Below, piece by piece: positions 1-16,213 of a stretch of 64,000 bases of DNA; the first letter of the stretch is position 1, and the number at the start of each line of letters is the position of its first letter. The stretch comes from Flaccisagitta enflata (lineage: Eukaryota). The translations under genes were made by a program, and so were the position numbers. The notes below the pieces were generated by a model. The model saw only the letters and a list, made by a program, of their open reading frames with translations, searched no databases and had not been told where the DNA came from. Where the stretch lies: positions 37,634,001-37,698,000 of the forward strand of contig OZ231126.1 of NCBI GenBank assembly GCA_965153355.1, in the 5' to 3' direction.

Positions 1-116
1 CCAAACCACTCATTTGCTTGTTATCGTTAGCGGATGTTTGCTTGTCCGTTAAAATGCAATCATCTTTTTCTCGTGTGACAAATTAAATTTACACTTGTTG
101 AAATTCTTTTCAACAG

Positions 117-3100
117 AGAATCGGTGGACTTCACGGGGACACCGATAGAAACTCGGAACAAACCCACTTGACTAATTTGATAAGAGAAATGGAAAACTTT
201 CGCATAGAAATGGATAAGCGGTTTGATACGATGAACCAAAAAATAGACGCTCAGACCACTTTGATAAATGAAAAAGTCGACGCTCAGACCATCTTGATAG
301 ATACAAAAGTAGGAGAAAAAGTAGACGCTCAGACCACTTTGATATATGAAAAAGTCGACGCTCAGTCCATCTTGATAGATACAAAAGTAGGGGAAAAAGT
401 AGACGCTCAGACCATCTTGATAGAGACGAAAGTAGGTGAAAAAGTAGACGCTCAGACCACTCTGATAAATAACAAGGTAGACGCTCAGACCGCCAATATA
501 ACCACCGTAGTAACTGAAGTAGGTTCCAAGGTAGACGCAGCTGACAATAAAATTATGACATTGAGCGGTTCGGTTGATACGAAAACCAAGGCGATTGATA
601 GTGCCATAGTCACTTTGAGTGAGTTAGTTGTCAACGAAACGAACTCTATCGATGCGGCCGTGTCTAACTTAGATGTGTTAGTGCGCACAGAAACGAAAGC
701 TATCGATGGCGAGTTGACCAAACTCAGTAACAAGGTAGACAAGGAAACGGAGGATATTGACTCCGACATTGATGAGATAAGACAAATGGTGGAAATGGAA
801 ACGAAACACTTGGATGAAGCAGTGGCCAACTTGACTGAAAAGGTAAAGAAAGAAGTGGAAGCTAAGGGAATAGTTGACTCCATCACTGCTCTGGGCCAGA
901 AGATTGAGGGACATATCACGGCACTCGATCAAGACTTGACTGACATGAACGCGGCGATTGTAAACGAAACCGGCGAAATTGACGCACAAACGAAGAAAAT
1001 CGAGAAAGACATGCAAGCCGCGATGTTTGCGATCAATGGGGCAATCAACACACAGACGGACCAAATCGATGAGGCCATAGAAAATGTGGGCAACAAGTTG
1101 GGGAATGAAACACTTGAAATCGATGCAGCTATTACCAATCTGGGCGGGAAAATTGATGGACATTTCAAAGCGCTCGATCAACACTTGACTGACATGAACG
1201 CGACGATTGTTGAGGAAACTGGAAAAATTAAAGGGGACATAGGCCAGCATGAAGGAGAAAGAGAAAATGACAAAGAAGAAATCATTGGCCGTGTAAGTGG
1301 CGATAACAGCAGGATATCCGGAGAAATTAGAAGTTACGTATTTGACAGGAAGAAAGAATTGGAAGCTCAGGTGCAAAACGAAACTAAGGAAATTGATGAC
1401 AAATTAGCCGAGTTTGACACCAAATTATCGAAAGTCCCCGGAATAGGTTAAGATTAGGAGAGGGAAATTCAAAAGGGGGCCCTTTTGGGCAGCGGCCCCG
1501 AAGGGACCGATGTCTTATGCTTTCACACTGAGGGGAAATTTCTCCTTCTTTTGGGCAGCGGTCCCGACGGGGTCGATGACCTATGCTTTTGGGCAGCGGC
1601 CCCGAAGGGGTCGAGGACCTATGCTTTCACACATAAGGGAAATTTCAACTCCTCCTCTTTCTCCTCCTTCTCCTTCTCCTTCGTACCCCCCTCAAATCCC
1701 AGCCTCGAGGTCCAAATCCCAGCCTCGAGGACTAATTCCCAGCCTTGAGGCCCAAATCCCAGCCCCCAGGACCAAATCCCAACCTTGAGGTTCAAAACCT
1801 AACCTGGAGGCCCAGATCCCAGCTTTGAGGCCTTGAGGCTGGGATTTGGTCCTCGAGGCTGGGATTTGGGCCTCAAGCCTGGGATTTGGCCCTTGAGGTT
1901 GGGATTTGGGCCTCAAGGCTGGGATTTGAGGGGGGACGGAGGAGAAGGAGGAGGAGGAGGAGAAATATCCCCTATCTGTGAAAGCATAGGTCATCGACTC
2001 CTTCGGGGCCGCTGCCATGCTCCCCCTTCAACTTCTAGCACAACCTACATAGGCAGGACACGGGTACCGCTGACCATCTAACTCTTTTGCGACTATTACA
2101 CATACACTTCTTATTCTTTATTTTTTATTTTTATTTCTATTTTTATTATTTTTTATAAGAACCTAGTTTATAAGAACATCAAGCCTTTAAATAGCTCAAA
2201 AATTAAGAACGTTGTAGTTATTTTACTAATATTATCTCTATCTCTTTCAAAGGCTTCAGAAAAATAAAAAGTGTATGGGGGATTTTTTCCTTCTCCTCTT
2301 ACGTCCCCCCCTCAAATCCCAATCTCGAGGCCTAAATTCTTATCTCGCGGCCCTTATCCCAGTCTCGAGGCCCAAATCCTAGCCTTGAGGCCCAAATCCC
2401 AGCCTCATAGCCCAAGTCCTAGCCTCACGGCCCAAATTCCAGTCTCGAGGCCCAAATCTCAGCCTCGAGGTGCAAACCCCAGCCAAGAGTTCTTGCCTCT
2501 GGACGCAAATCCCAGCCTCGATGCTTAAATCTAGCTTTAAGGCTCAAATCCAGCTTTGAGGCTCAAATCCCAGCCTCGAGGCTCAAATCCCAGCCTTGTG
2601 TCAAATCCCAGCCTCAACGCTCTAATCTCAGCCTCATGGCTCAAATCCCAGCCTCAAGGCTGAAATCTCAGTCTTAGTGCTCAAATCCCAGCCTCGAGGC
2701 TCAAATTTCAGCCTCGAGGCTTAAATTCCAACCTCGAGGCTTAAATCCTAGCATCAAGGCTCAAAACTTACTGAATATAGGTCATCGGCCCCATCGGGGC
2801 CACTGCCCCTCTCACCATCACACAATCACATACATTAACATAGGGGCAACTTTTTCAGGCGTTTTAAGCTTTTCGAGCTTTTTGAGCTCACTGCCCCCTC
2901 CCACCCACACGCGACTGGGGTAGCCGTGTATCTGGCCTTGTTCATTTTTTATTAATTCGTAAATTGCTCATAATAATCAGTTTTCTCGGCGAGCTGTAAA
3001 TTTCTCAAAGCTGTTATCATTTTCTTCATTCGATTTTTGCACGCTCTTAGTAAGATTTCAGTCCAAAAAGTTCGACGTGAGTTCTTCTACAGCTGTTATA

Positions 3101-3330
3101 TAATTTGTACATAGAGATACCGAAAGTCTGAGTACGAAAGGGGGAAGGGGTTTGACTACGTTGGAATCCATATCGACTTCACTGATATCGTCCCATTGTA
3201 CTCGTATCATTGTCATGACTGTTCAAAAAATTATGTCGTTCAGTTCAAACTACGAAACCAGCTTAATTATAATTGTTGGATTTCAGCTGCGATATGTATA
3301 GAGCGTTCATTTGGTTATCGATGTGACTGA
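117..3330 (+). CDS. 3' part of a spliced gene: long repeat coiled-coil (apolipoprotein/hendecad-like) protein with a short Cys-rich C-terminal domain
   Basis: Exon 117-1446 (acceptor ttttcaacAG at 115-116, ORF 168-1451 extends in frame to it) has VDAQTxLI..KV(GEK) 11/15-aa repeats. Tentative phase-compatible continuation: donor GTTAAG 1447, micro-exon 3051-3076, 38-nt intron, exon 3115-3330 (RYRKSEY...HCHDCSK...NCWISAAICIERSFGYRCD*), AATAAA near 3520 and 3533. The large exon is solid; the 3' exons are less certain. Confidence 0.75.
1483..2098 (+). mobile_element. DINE-1/HINE-like element, family C, with triplicated 5' head and fold-back 21-bp central repeats
   Basis: Head TTTTGGGCAGCGGCCCCGAAGGG present three times (about 1483, 1549, 1587). 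AAATCCCAGCCTCGAGG repeats flip strand at about 1830. Inverted head near 1985-2016 and conserved tail CGGGTACCGCTGACCATCT..GCGACTATT; same design at 59538 and 61925. Confidence 0.75.
2105..2273. mobile_element. Short MITE copy (TA-CACTT...AAGTG-TA), related to 8461-8866
   Basis: Shares TTATAAGAACCTAGTTTATAAGAACATCAAG (inverted) with 8461-8866; TA flanks. Confidence 0.55.
2276..2942 (+). mobile_element. 5'-truncated family C HINE-like element fused to a family A 3' end
   Basis: Long 21-bp AAATCCCAGCCTCGAGGCTC array, GGTCATCGGCCCC..GGGGCC subterminal repeat, then CACGCGACTGGGGTAGCCGTGTATCTGGCCTTGTT. Confidence 0.7.
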
Positions 3331-3910
3331 CAACTGCGAGGCTTACCGTGTTGTACATTATAATTTTCACGTGTTTTATCAAATGTACTGATTGTCTCTC
3401 ATTCATTGATATGAGGCAGACCTTGTCAATTTTTCTTTTCATGACAGATGACAGATGTTTTGGTGAATGGTCAGACTTTTTCTTCATCATTGTAAATAAG
3501 CTTGGAATGGAAATTTTGTAATAAAATCTCGTAATAAAGAAATTTCGGAACTGTTAAAGTAGAAATGTTGTCTAACTTTCTTAGTTGAACCCTACAATTG
3601 CGCATATCAAAGGACCAACAAATTTTGTTTGTTATAAGCGCCAATTATCGCCATTCGCCAAAATAAGAAAAAAAAATATGAAAAATAAGGTGAAGGGACC
3701 AAAATTTCTTATCTGTTATAGGGGGATACATGTTACTCCCGGATCCATTATTTTTATAATTGTAACTGTATACTTCTTCGGAACAGGAAATGTTTATCAC
3801 AGTGAGTACAAGCTCAAAGAGCAATAGGCAATGGGATTGTCGACAATCAGTTGACCCGATGGAGGAGCTAGCTTTTCGTAAGTACTAGGCTAATCTCTTA
3901 AATATTAGTT

Positions 3911-3911
3911 G

Positions 3912-4002
<91 letters not shown>

Positions 4003-4025
4003 AAACAACAACGACAACGACAACG

Positions 4026-4086
<61 letters not shown>

Positions 4087-4112
4087 AAAAAAACAACAAC
4101 AACAACAACAAC
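3911..4112. repeat. (ACA)n microsatellite
   Basis: Directly visible, about 200 bp. Confidence 0.95.
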
Positions 4113-4344
4113 GACAACACTCAAAAAAGTAAAAAAAGAAACCGGGATGTTTGAACGATGTATGAGGTTAACGAGGCCGATCAAGTAGTCGCTAACGGAT
4201 AGGCAAGTGCAGTATCGAAATATTGCATAACCGAATGGATGAATGAATGAATGAATGAATGATTGAATGACTAAATGAATGAATGAATATATAAAAAAAG
4301 AGCATTCGTTTTTTATCAATCATTTCGTTCTAAAATCGCTAAGA

Positions 4345-7683
<3,339 letters not shown>

Positions 7684-8460
7684 CTGAAAAGAGAAAAGTG
7701 ATTGATTCAAGAAACTAGGATGTTCTGGTCAATGTAAATTTAAGTCTCTTGACTCTTCACATAGGCTGCTGTTTATCTGTACCGCAATGCCAACTAGGAA
7801 CACGACACGATCTCAGATCACTTTTTACGCATCGGTGTTTTGCGCAAAACATCCATTTAGGGTTTAAAAGTCTTCTCTTCAGATCTTGAACGAGTTTTTC
7901 AATTCGGATGGAATTAGTTTTGTTTCTTTTTATTCAACACGTCATAATTAACACTCATCATCCAAAACTAATTATGATTGCAAACGATTTGACGCGGTTC
8001 CGTGTCTTCCAGCAGAGCCTTCGTTTCTTTCAAAATCCTCACAAGGTCTTGAATCCGCAGAGCTCCGTGGTAATGCAGAGCTCCGTGGTTATGCAAGGCT
8101 CCCCGGCAACTCAAGGCTCCAAGGCAATGCAGTGCTTCGTAGCCGCTCAAGGCTCCATGCCAACGGTGGCGGGAACGGCAGCGGCGGCTCGCAAGTCATC
8201 TTGTCCTCAAGTCGGAATGTTAGAACGCAGCTTGAGCAGGTATCCAGACGCAATGTAAAACGTACAGTTGAATCCCACAATGAGCCATGAAGCATGTTAT
8301 ATAGTCCCGCCTCCAGTCACCATTTCCGCTCCCTCTTCGCAGTCACCTTTTGCAGTCATTCTTTGACACACAGGATGAATCAATTTTCGCGTCCTTGGTC
8401 TTGAATTCAAATTTTCCTCCGTTGGTTTGTCCGTGACGCGCGAAATGGGATGTGTAAGTA

Positions 8461-8866
8461 CACTTTTTTTTTAAGAACATCATTTTTTTTCCAAGGCTTC
8501 ATATTCTTATTTTCAAGGCCAAATGAAGCCTTCAACGTTATTAATTTAAAATATTATATAAAATATAAGGAACCTTATGATATACTATTACTTGATTATA
8601 TTAACTATATATTTTTTTGAATACTATTAAAGCAAGTGCTAAACATTAATATCTGGGGATATTTTCTTGGTATTCATATTAGAAATTAAACAATTTTATT
8701 CTAATTATACTAAAATGTTAGTGTTTTGTTAATGTTCTTTAAATGTTACTTAAGCAAAATATTTTTCTCAAGATTTGAAGCCTTTGTATGTTCTTAAGAT
8801 GTTCTTAATTGTCAGGCTATTCGAGCCTTGATGTTCTTATAAACTAGGTTCTTATAAAAAAAAGTG
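8461..8866. mobile_element. AT-rich MITE with TA TSD
   Basis: TA|CACTTTTTTTTTAAGAAC ... GTTCTTATAAAAAAAAGTG|TA. Confidence 0.65.
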
Positions 8867-8939
8867 TACGCGCATTTCCGCCCCTGTCAGCCAACCGTCT
8901 GCAACTATAATGCTAAACACACGTTGCTTGTCCCGACAG

Positions 8940-9255
8940 GCTTTTGCTCTCACACGAACAAGTGTCGTACAATCACACAAACATTCCCGCACGAGCAACG
9001 CCCGGGCAAGTCTCGTCATCACAAACCGGAAGCCCTCTCCTCTCAAACGGAATACGCTTCGACTTGGCGAGATTTGTGGGTCCAACATTCGCCAACAAGA
9101 TCAAGACTCGCGATTTCTCGAATCCGTCCGTACGCGGATTTGCCTCCACCTCGAAAGGTTCCGTTCAAGGTAAAGATTAAAATCTAAAGCTCTCTCTCTC
9201 TCTCTTTCTCTTCTCTCTGTGTGTCTGTCTGTGTCTCTCTGTCTTCTCTGGTCTG

Positions 9256-9308
<53 letters not shown>

Positions 9309-9320
9309 ATCTCTTTCTTT

Positions 9321-9376
<56 letters not shown>

Positions 9377-9592
9377 CTTCATATTCGATAGTTTTTCTTC
9401 TCTTCTTCAGACAGTCGCAGTCGCCGCGAGGAAGTTGGAAAGGACCCCGACCACATCGGCTTGGCCGTAGACCTCATCTGTATGGCGCTTCTTCCCGCGA
9501 TTCCTCTCTTTGTGATTTTCATGCTCGTTAAAATAGTTGCTTTGGGTTTGAGCAACAATGGGTTCAAGGGCAAAAATTGGTTCTGTCGCTGA
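8940..9592 (+). CDS. Small spliced gene of unknown function; best frame ends in a predicted transmembrane helix
   Basis: Acceptor cccgacAG 8939, donor AAG|GTAAAG 9170, strong acceptor ttcttcAG 9410. One frame gives ...VRGFASTSKGSVQ-DSRSRREEVGKDPDHIGLAVDLICMALLPAIPLFVIFMLVKIVALGL...CR* (stop 9590-9592). Frame and start are unresolved. Confidence 0.5.
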
Positions 9593-9751
9593 ACAAGTGA
9601 CGCGGGGTCACAAAATCATTGCAGACGGGTGGGCAGGGGCATCCAACCCCCAGCCTTGAGCGTGACAAACCGAGGGACAGATCCACTGACCAACGGGCCA
9701 ACGGACGGACGGATAAAGCCTCTTATAGAGTTGCGTGTCCACAACTAAAAA
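9592..9751 (-). mobile_element. HINE-like element (TAGTTGCGG/CACGCAACT subfamily)
   Basis: Reverse strand reads TTTTAGTTGTGGACACGCAACTCTATAAGAGGCTTT..(GTCC)n..GCCCCTGCCCACCCGTCTGCAA..CACTTGTT; same subfamily at 39408, 47392 and 49390. Confidence 0.7.
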
Positions 9752-10884
9752 TATGAAGCGAGGAGCAGTGGGCAGGAAGGGGGAAGGAAGAGAGAAATGC
9801 TGGTTTTTCGGTCATTACGAATCGACGGAGGGTGTGTTTCTACTCAAAGACACAAACGCGATTCTAATGTGGGTTTTGCAAATCGCGATTTTACTACACT
9901 CTCCCTGAAAAAAAATTGAGGCTCAATGTGAATTGGAACCCACTCCAAGTTGTCTGATGGAATTAGATCTCCATAATCTGAAATTAACGCTCTTACTAAC
10001 CACGCCATTTGGGCAATCACCCAAGTCACTAGAATTTTGGTGGCCTTATTTTACAACTTTGAATCACTTTATGGGGGTTCAGTTTTGTCATAGCTATCTC
10101 ATTCAATTGCCTCTCTGTTAAATAAGTCAACGAGAAATAAGTTTTAGTAGTTGAGTGAAAGTCCCAGTGGCGCTGGTGGTTAAGGTGAAAACTACTATCC
10201 CAGTGAAGCAGATTGCTTTTGAGCGTGAGTTTGATCCCTGCAAGAGAACAATATTTTTTTAGGATCAGGGTGGTAAAAATCGCGAATTTCAAAACCTACC
10301 TGAAAAACGAGATTGTGGCTTTGCATGTGTAAAAATGAATGCCGCTGGGACAGCCTAAAAGAGGGTATTACCCTGCATATTTCATTGATTTCAGTAAAAG
10401 TGAATCTTTTGAATTTTTTTTTCTGACACTTAAGTGGAAAGGTGGAAACAATTTTTAATAGGAGGAAGAACGAGACAACAACTTCCTTTCTTTATTTTTT
10501 ATAAATCTTCAATGTTTAAACATGTAGTTTCCTTAAAATTGAGCATAACTTATTGTTTAGAAGACAAAAACGAAGAAAAGAAAAGTGGCGGCTTATGAAT
10601 TCCGGTATGAGTAGAAACGCACCCGGAGAAGGTCTTTCTTAAGAGTCGCGAGTCAGTGACTTTAAACTTTCTTTAACTTTTTTTTAAGACGCATTCATAC
10701 ACATTTAATGAGGTTTTCTAAAATATCTGAAAAAAGTAGAAGGGCCGGTCATTTGACATATCTTTTTTTTTTTTCATTTCCTTTCCTGCGAGACGTAAAC
10801 TTGTTTTTAATACATTGAATCTCATGCATCAATAAATCGAAACGAGTCCATTTCTTTTCAGCGTTCAGCATACATTCTTCGTGG

Positions 10885-11221
<337 letters not shown>

Positions 11222-11961
11222 AAGGGAAGGGAATGGGAATGGGAATATGTGTCGTGTATCAGGAGCCAGAGGCTGTGATGATGAGGTGTATCAAAATGGC
11301 CTCTAGGCTTCAGATCGTCTGTGCCGCGGTTTTGGGCACGGGGTGGATGTGGTAGAACACAAAAATACCCTTGGGGGGCTTCCCAAAGTGGTCCTGTGAG
11401 TAGTCCACCACTTAAAAGCTTGAAAAAATGGCCCCAAAATGAGCAAAAGCTTGTGGTGACCTGTCAACTTCAAATTTTTTGTTGCTAGCCTGTTTTTGAT
11501 GAATAAGCACATTTTTTGGACTCATTGGGGAGCAAAAACATATAAGAGGGTAGTGGGGTGAGTGAGTGAGGGGGGTGCCCCATGGGATGGGGGCAAGGGG
11601 GTCAAATTGGCCAAAATTCAGGTCCTGATGGAGGTGGTCGTAAAAAATGACGAAAATTCAAAGTATCAATTTTTTTGGTCAAATTATGTTGTAACTTGAT
11701 GATTTTAGCCAAAAAACCAAATCTAAATCGGAATTTTAGTTGAAAAATGCCAAATTACAGTTGTGGTGGTTGTTGGTGATTTTTGGGTTTTAACCATTCA
11801 ACTTTGAAAGCTCATATCTTTTACACTGTTGGGAGAAAATATTTTTGGCTGGTCTCATTCAAAAAAGCATAAAAAAATCTTTCAGAATCTCATAAATTTT
11901 GTCCAGTTTCATTCAGAAATGGCGCTACAGTGATCTCTCAAAGTACAGTGAAAATGGTATA

Positions 11962-13344
11962 CTATCTAGAACATATATATATCGGCGAACGTTTTGGGTC
12001 ATATCTCTGCTAAAAATAAAAAAATCATATAAAAATCAGTGAGATTCTGAAACTACATCGAATTTCTGATCTAGCGCCACCAACCGCGTTCTTGTAGCTT
12101 GATTTGTATAGAAATGACGGGCAAAACAAGAATGCTACTTCAAATGAAAATGGCTGAAAAAATTATATTCTATTTCTTGTCGCTTTTGGTACAGTATGAT
12201 TTTTTTCAACTGTAACATTAGATGAGAACATTATGCAAAAACTAGACGAGCTAGCCAAATTCTGAAAGAAGCTCCCAGAAGGTGAGAGTTTGCAGTTATT
12301 TGCTAAGAGATTCCAAAGGTTTTTTAGAAAGAAAACTGATATCCATCTTACTTTTTCAATTGGGATTGAAATTTTGAAAAGTGGAAAAATGGAAAAAGTA
12401 GTAAAGATATCGGCTTAACTGTTTCTCTTTAAATCGCTCTCATTTCCAAACCGTTTGAGGGACAGATGCCAGATTGGTCCCAAATGAAAGCTATTTTGAA
12501 GTACTTTTTGGGAAAAGCTCAACAGACAGACTTTTTTTGAGTTTTGAATGCATTTGGTTAACTGAAAGTCAATTCTGTAAACAATTTACCCGAAACAACA
12601 AAATTGTTCATGTTTGGCAGGATAACTCTTTTTAAAAATCGCTGTCTTTGTTTTTCTCCTAAAACCACATCAAAAGATCTTTCATTTGAGACCAATCTGG
12701 GATCTGTAGCTCAAATCGTTCAGAAATGAAGCGATTTTCAGAAAGACAGTCACTACAAAACAGCCTTTTTTGGCAGAATCTGCCTTTTGATTCACATGCG
12801 TTAATCAGATTAAAATAAAGGAAAAAGTCTTTGGGATTTTTCATCCAAAATCTGCAAACTCATATCTTCCAAGTGTTTTTTTCAGATTGTAGCTAGCCCT
12901 TCTACTTTTCGTGCTATGTTCTCATCTTATGTTACAGTTCAGAAAAATCATACTGTACTTGGCCAAGTGTTATTTTTTTAGTTAGTTTAAGGTTGTTGTC
13001 TAACTTTTAGGCTGCTACGGTGATGCCATAGAATCGCCTTGTCATTTCCATGGTCACTCCAAACTCGGTTATAGATCAGATGGTTGGTAAGTAAGCAGCT
13101 ATGGAGAAGGTATCGCGCATCATTCAATATGGATAAAAAAAATTCTGCTCTGAAGGTGTAAAGGAAGACTACGTCATCCTTTCTCAAAATATCTCTTCAA
13201 GAGCATATGAAGATAATTTAGGCCATTATTGTTGTTCACAAGATACATACAAAGAGTCTCAAAGATCAAATCATATTTTTTCTAGTCATTTGATGAATTA
13301 ACAGCCTGATAATGATCTTGCCGATATACTTTTGTTCTAGATAG
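11962..13344. mobile_element. Non-autonomous TIR element with TA TSD, in left arm only
   Basis: TA|CTATCTAGAACA...TGTTCTAGATAG|TA; the right arm shows the uninterrupted site (reverse complement GTGAAAATGGTGTATTTCAGGTG near 23590-23612). Confidence 0.85.
12192..12955. mobile_element. Diverged palindromic MITE (CAGTA termini, TA TSD) nested in 11962-13344
   Basis: TA|CAGTATGATTTTT...AAAAATCATACTG|TA with long imperfect inverted arms. Confidence 0.75.
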
Positions 13345-14543
13345 TATTTCAGGTGTTTGAACAATCTCATTTCGTTGAGCTATTTCTTCCAAGGAAATGG
13401 AGATAAAAATCGAAATATCAATTTTTTTTATCAAATTATGTTGCAACTCAATGATAATAGCCAAAAAACCAGAAGTGAATTGAAATTTTGGTGAAAAAAT
13501 GCCAAATTACAGTTGTGGTGGTTGTTGGTGATTTTGGGGTTATAACCATTCAACTTTGAAAGCTTATATCTTTTACACTGTTGGGAGAAAATATTTTTGG
13601 CCGGTCTCATTCCAAAAAGCATGAAAAAATCTTTCAGAATCTCATAAATTTTGTCCAGTTTCCGTCAGAAATGGCGCTACAGTGATCTCTCAAAGTACAG
13701 TGAAATTTGTCTAATTCAGGTGTTTGACAATTTCATTTCGTTGAGCTATTTCTTCCAAGGAAATGGAGATAAAAATCGAAATATCAATTTTTTTTATAAA
13801 TTTTGTTGCAACTCAATGATAATAGCCAAAAAACCAGAAGTGAATTGAAATTTTGGTGGAAAAATGCCAAATTACAGTTGCGGTGGTTGTTGGTGATTTT
13901 GGGGTTTTAACCATTCAAGTATAGTGAAAATTGTGTTTTTCAGGTGTTTGAACAATCTCATTTTGTTGAGCTATTTCTTTTTAAGGAAATTGAGATAAGA
14001 ATCGAAATATCAATTTTTTTGGTCGAATGAGTTGCAACTTAATGATAATAGCCAAAAAACAGAGGTGAATTTGAGTTTTGGTTGAAAAATTCCAAATTAC
14101 AGTTGAGGTGGTTGTTGGTGATTTTGGGGTTTTAACCATTCAACTTTGAAAGCTCATATCTTTTACACAGTTGGGAGAAAATTTTTTTTGCCAGTCTCAT
14201 TCAAACAAGGCCGGATACACGGCCAATATGCAGTCGCTGGTGGATGGGCAGGGGCAGTATACTAAGGGTCAGGGGCAGTCAATAATTGGGCAGGGGCTAA
14301 ATTTTTGGGTGGGCAGGGGCTGTTATGTTTAGAAATCACGAATACTGTTATAACGGATCCATGAGTAATCAAAGACAAGATTGAGTCACCATTTTTTGAC
14401 ATTTAAAGAAATACATCACTTAACATTGCAATTCAAGAAAATTCAGGTTTTAACAGAAATTGAAAGGTGCTCTTAACCAGCTTAAAATGATCAATACTTA
14501 AAATACAAAATAAAATACGATCCTCATCCATATTGTCTTTCAG

Positions 14544-15000
14544 CTACTCCACTTTTGGCCTCTTGGCTTGCATTTTACATCTGGTTTTTGCATCAAAGAT
14601 GTTTGCAAAAAACTTTGCCTGTGCTTCGGGTTGTTGTGGGCCGGAATCCTGAAATTATCAATCAATTTGTTCACATGGGAAAATTTTCAAAATCGCTGCC
14701 TAAAGAGTTAATTGGAATTTAAATTATAGCACCTTAAAACATTTTGAAAATGAACACATTCTCTCCGCAGGATCGTTGACGGTTTGAATGGCATTGACAA
14801 GCTCTTTGTCCTGTTGAAATTCCGGAATATGATCCCACGGAGCATTTTTGGGTAACCATTTAGCGTAATTTGGACAAAAACGTTCTAAAAACAGGATGGA
14901 TCGCTCAGTGACAAAGTCTTGAAGTTAGTTCTTCAATGAAATTTCTGGTAGCGATGGTGAAGTTTGCATTTTGTGATTTAGGGCAAGCGCATTAGCAAAA
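14544..15000 (-). pseudogene. Transposase-like C-terminal remnant with intron (left-arm copy)
   Basis: Reads ..EISLKN*LQDFVTERSILFLERFCPNYAKWLPKNAPWDHIPEFQQDKELVNAIQTVNDPAERMCSFSKCFK, GT-AG intron 14732-14649, then DSGPQQPEAQAKFFANIFDAKTRCKMQAKRPKVE*. VNDxAER resembles a catalytic-Glu motif of hAT-related transposases (from memory); contains an in-frame stop. Confidence 0.6.
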
Positions 15001-16027
15001 ACCATTTGTGTCAACTTGCAAGTTCAAATGAATCGTCAATCCTGGTCCTTGGAATCGGGGCAGATAGCTGCATCACTCTTCTTCAAAAACGTCAACAACA
15101 ACAAGAAATCAAGTATCGCATCACGAATACTGGCGCTCAAACCATCATCAATTGCCATCACAAGTCTGGCTTTAAATCAATGAAAACCATCGCTACCAGA
15201 AATTTCATTGAAGAACTAACTTCAAGACTTTGTCACTGAGCGATCCATCTTGTTTTTAGAACGTTTTTGTCTGAATTACGCACTGCTCTGGATCTCCACC
15301 GCTAACTTTAAACTAGGATTACTGCCACTTTTTTCATGGTTTCTGGTGGTCCAGCTCATGTATAATCCATGTCAAAAGGTTTCAAAATAATTCCAAGAGC
15401 GCCTTTTGTTTAATTCCCATTTTTTTCTGGATGGTTAGTATAGGCCATGAAACTTTCCCTCTTTTGGACAATGTCCCTTGTTTTGCTTATAACTTTTAAA
15501 CGCTTAAAGTTAGAAATGCCAGATTGGTCCCATTTAAAAGGTCTTTTCAAGATTTTTTTGAAATCCATTGAAAAATAACCGAGTTATAAGCTGTCAAACA
15601 TGAGCAATATTATGGAGATTTTGGACGATTTTCCAGATCATTGAATTTTTCTTCTATTCTCTTGATTTCACTTGTTTTGCTCATAACTTTTGAACGAATA
15701 AAGCTAGAAATGACAGATTGGTCCCATTTGAAAGATCTATTCAAGATCTTTCAAACTGTCTCCAATTTTATGTCAATCCCTTGAAAAACCACCTTTTTAT
15801 AAGCTGTCAAACATAAGCATTGTCATTGGGATTTCGAAGGATTTTCCCACCATCATTTTTTTCATGGTCTCATCCTGTTTTTGTATGCATTCTCAAATAT
15901 CTGCAAGGGGTTTTGTCACTTGGCTAGTCTGTTGATTTTTTCAATGGCTAATCTGTCCAACAATCGGTTCATCTATCAGGGAGATTGTGATACTTTGCAA
16001 AAAAAATGAGAAGACATCAACCTCTCT

Positions 16028-16213
16028 TTTTCAGTCGCGTGGATGCGACTCTACAACCCGCTTTGTCCGTCGGTCGGTTGGTCGGTCACACTTTACTTTT
16101 TTTTATGATTTTATTTTTTGACCTCAATGCTCCTGCCCAAATGGTCTGGTGACCTCAAATATGGCCCCTGCCCACCCCTACGGGACTTCAGTAGCCATGT
16201 ATCCGGCCTTGTT
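16028..16213 (+). mobile_element. Family A HINE-like element
   Basis: AGTCGCGTGGATGCGACT head, (GGTC)n, GCCCCTGCCCACCC, ATCCGGCCTTGTT tail. Confidence 0.8.

Noticed and set aside
14864-15280. Small stand-alone hairpin MITE
   Set aside because: It is the true centre of the 13-kb palindrome; its right half continues at 20887 after the CACTG insertion.
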